Below, one piece after another: positions 51,812 to 54,004 of a stretch of DNA of 54,004 nt. Every line of letters begins with the position of its first letter. Position 1 is the first letter of the stretch. The notes beneath the pieces were generated by a model. That model was not told where the DNA came from. It was given only the letters and a program-made list of their open reading frames with translations, and searched no databases. The translations under genes and the position numbers were made by a program. This stretch comes from Pseudomonadota bacterium (GTDB taxonomy: Bacteria > Pseudomonadota > Alphaproteobacteria > Caulobacterales > Caulobacteraceae): contig JAFAEC010000152.1 of the NCBI GenBank assembly GCA_023424215.1, positions 1 to 54,004 of the forward strand, given 5' to 3'.

Positions 51812-52843
51812 ATGGCGGAGGCCGGACTGATGGAGCTGGACGCGGCGCGCGCGCCGTCGCCCGCCCCGCCCTCGCTGGTCGACGGCTTCGGTCGCCGCTT
51901 CCGATATCTCCGCCTGTCGGTCACCGAGGTCTGCAACTTCCGCTGCGCCTACTGCCTGCCTGACGGCTACCGGGGGAAGGCCGACGGCTTCCTCGAACTC
52001 GACGAGATCGCCCGTCTTGTCAGGGGATTCGCCGCCCTGGGTGTGACCAAGGTTCGCCTGTCGGGCGGCGAGCCTTCGGTGCGGGCGGACCTTGACGACA
52101 TCATCGCAGCCGCGGCCGCGACGCCGGGGGTGATGAAGGTCGCCCTGACCACCAACGGCTGGCGGCTGGACCGTCGGGTGCGCGGCTGGCGGGACGCCGG
52201 CCTCAGCCACCTGAACGTCAGCATCGACTCGCTCGACCCCGCCGCCTTCGCGCGCCTCACAGGGCACGACCGGCTGGACGACATCCTCCGGGGCGTCGAT
52301 ACGGCGCTGGGGCTGGGCTTCGGGGCGGTGAAGCTGAACGCGGTGCTGCTGCGTGATACGGTCGACAGCGCCTTCGACCAGTTCGCCGACTGGCTGCGCC
52401 ACCGGCCCGCCACCGTGCGCTTCATCGAACTGATGCGCACCCTCGACAACGGCCCGTGGTTCGATGCCCAGCACGTGCGGGCCGAGGTGCTGGAACGCTG
52501 GCTGCGGGAGAGGGGCTGGACCGCCCGGCCGCGCCGCGCCGACGACGGCCCTGCGATCGAGTACGCCCATCCCGACTACGCCGGCCGGTTCGGCGTCATC
52601 GCCCCCTACGGCGCCGGCTTCTGCGACGGCTGCAATCGGCTGCGGGTGACCGCACGCGGCAAGCTGCGCCTGTGCCTGTTCGGGGAGGGCGGGGTGGACC
52701 TGCGCGATCTGCTGACGGACTCGGTGGCGCCGGAGCGGCTCGAGCAGCGTATTCTCGACGCCCTACCGACCAAGCAGCGCGGCCATGAGCTGATGCTGGG
52801 CCGCTCGGGAGACCTTCGGCGGATGGCCGACGTGGGCGGCTGA
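51812..52843 (+). CDS. moaA: GTP 3',8-cyclase, molybdenum cofactor biosynthesis
   Basis: YLRLSVTEVCNFRCAYC radical SAM motif, FCDGCNRLR..LRLCLF, C-terminal GG; GGAGG RBS. Confidence 0.97.
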   Translation: MAEAGLMELDAARAPSPAPPSLVDGFGRRFRYLRLSVTEVCNFRCAYCLPDGYRGKADGFLELDEIARLVRGFAALGVTKVRLSGGEPSVRADLDDIIAAAAATPGVMKVALTTNGWRLDRRVRGWRDAGLSHLNVSIDSLDPAAFARLTGHDRLDDILRGVDTALGLGFGAVKLNAVLLRDTVDSAFDQFADWLRHRPATVRFIELMRTLDNGPWFDAQHVRAEVLERWLRERGWTARPRRADDGPAIEYAHPDYAGRFGVIAPYGAGFCDGCNRLRVTARGKLRLCLFGEGGVDLRDLLTDSVAPERLEQRILDALPTKQRGHELMLGRSGDLRRMADVGG

Positions 52844-52857
52844 CGGGAAGGGCGGGG

Positions 52858-53598
52858 GTGGACGCAAGCACGATCCTGCTGATCGCCCTGCTGATGGGGG
52901 CGGCGGCGGCGCTTTACTCCTCCGTCGGCCACGGCGGGGCCTCCGCATACCTTGGCGTCATGGCCCTGTTCTCCCTGTCGCCGGAGGTGATGCGGCCCAC
53001 GGCGCTGGCCCTGAACCTGGTGGTCGCCGGCTACGGAGCCTGGCGCTACGTCCGCGCCGGGGAATTCAACCCGCGCCTGTTCCTCGCCTTCGCGGTCACG
53101 GCGATCCCCATGGCCTTCATCGGCGGTCGCATACAGGTGCCGCCGGAGATCTACCGGCCGATGCTCGGCGCCGTGCTCTGGTTCGCCGCGGCGCGGATGC
53201 TATGGCGGCCGACGGCCACGGCGGCGCGACCGGTTCGCGCACCGAGCCTCCAGGTCGCCTTGCCCGGCGGGGCGGCGCTGGGCCTGCTGGCCGGGCTGAC
53301 CGGCACCGGCGGCGGCATCTTCCTCAGCCCCCTGATCCTGCTGTTCGCCTGGGAGACGCCGCGTCACACCTCGGGCGTCGCGGCGGCCTTCATCCTGGTC
53401 AACTCGATCGCCGGGCTGGCGGGCCAGCTGACCCTGCTGCCGGCCCTGCCGCCGGAGCTGCCGATCCTCGTCGCGGCGGTGGCGGCGGGGGCGGTGCTGG
53501 GATCGTGGCTCGGCGTGCGCCGCTTGCCGCAGTCAGCGCTGCTGGTCACCCTGGGACTTGTGCTGGCGCTCGCCGGCGCCAAGCTGATCTTCACATGA
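52858..53598 (+). CDS. TauE/SafE (TSUP) family transporter
   Basis: YSSVGHGGASAY, GLTGTGGGIFLSP, NSIAGL; ~8 TM. Confidence 0.9.
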   Translation: MDASTILLIALLMGAAAALYSSVGHGGASAYLGVMALFSLSPEVMRPTALALNLVVAGYGAWRYVRAGEFNPRLFLAFAVTAIPMAFIGGRIQVPPEIYRPMLGAVLWFAAARMLWRPTATAARPVRAPSLQVALPGGAALGLLAGLTGTGGGIFLSPLILLFAWETPRHTSGVAAAFILVNSIAGLAGQLTLLPALPPELPILVAAVAAGAVLGSWLGVRRLPQSALLVTLGLVLALAGAKLIFT

Positions 53599-54004
53599 GC
53601 CTGACGCCGCACGAGATCGCCGCCGTGGTGCTGGCCGGGGGCGAGGGCCGCCGGATCGGCGGGGCCAAGCCGCAGCGGATGCTGGCGGGGCGGACCCTGC
53701 TGGAACGGGCCGCGGCACAGGCTTCGACCTTCTCCGACCTGACCGCCGTGGCGGTGCGCGACCGCGCGCTGGCTGGGGTCCCCGACGACCTGACGCTGAT
53801 CGAGGACGCGCCGTGGGAGGGGCCGCTCGGCGGCCTCGCGGCGGCGCTGGCCTTCGCGCGGGCCCACGGCCGGGCGGCGGTGCTGACCCTGCCCTGCGAC
53901 ATGCCGCTGGTCCCTGCCGATCTCTCGTCGCGGCTGGCGGCGGCGCTCGGGGACCAGGGCGCGGCGCTGGCGGCGAGCGGCGGGCGGGTGCACCCGGTTT
54001 GCGG
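53595..54004 (+). CDS. mobA: Molybdenum cofactor guanylyltransferase (runs off window end)
   Basis: Not in the ORF track; reads MSLTPHEIAAVVLAGGEGRRIGGAK...GPLGGL...LPCDMP; ATGA overlap with the TSUP stop. Confidence 0.9.
   Translation, partial: MSLTPHEIAAVVLAGGEGRRIGGAKPQRMLAGRTLLERAAAQASTFSDLTAVAVRDRALAGVPDDLTLIEDAPWEGPLGGLAAALAFARAHGRAAVLTLPCDMPLVPADLSSRLAAALGDQGAALAASGGRVHPVC

Overview
GC-rich alphaproteobacterial chromosome segment; gene content and a CGTC-type REP suggest Caulobacteraceae, Brevundimonas-like (inference). Left to right: gyrB; a solitary C5 DNA methyltransferase; a coupled TonB-dependent receptor / YfiR-family / hybrid histidine kinase operon followed by a small secreted six-cysteine protein; an ArsR-SRPBCC-DUF1801 operon; tRNA-Arg(ACG) next to a PepSY gene remnant; a MoxR/DUF58/DUF4350/DUF4129/SpoIIM/RDD cluster; a ~21.5 kb cluster (19.1-40.6 kb) with two carotenoid-cleavage-type dioxygenases, three acyl-CoA ligases, three thiolase-fold proteins, a PaaN-like aldehyde dehydrogenase, two DUF1295 proteins, two PaaI thioesterases, a flavin oxidoreductase, an SDR, a TonB receptor and a tandem HxlR regulator; and a respiratory nitrate reductase operon (fused narK, narGHJI, PPIase, two small ORFs) divergent from moaA, a TauE-family gene and mobA. 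The best candidate new system is the dioxygenase cluster. All three of its divergent promoter regions carry copies of an asymmetric 16-bp motif CTTGC-N6-GGACC (7 copies), probably the operator of the two-domain HxlR. All family calls come from motif recognition by eye; no database searches were run.
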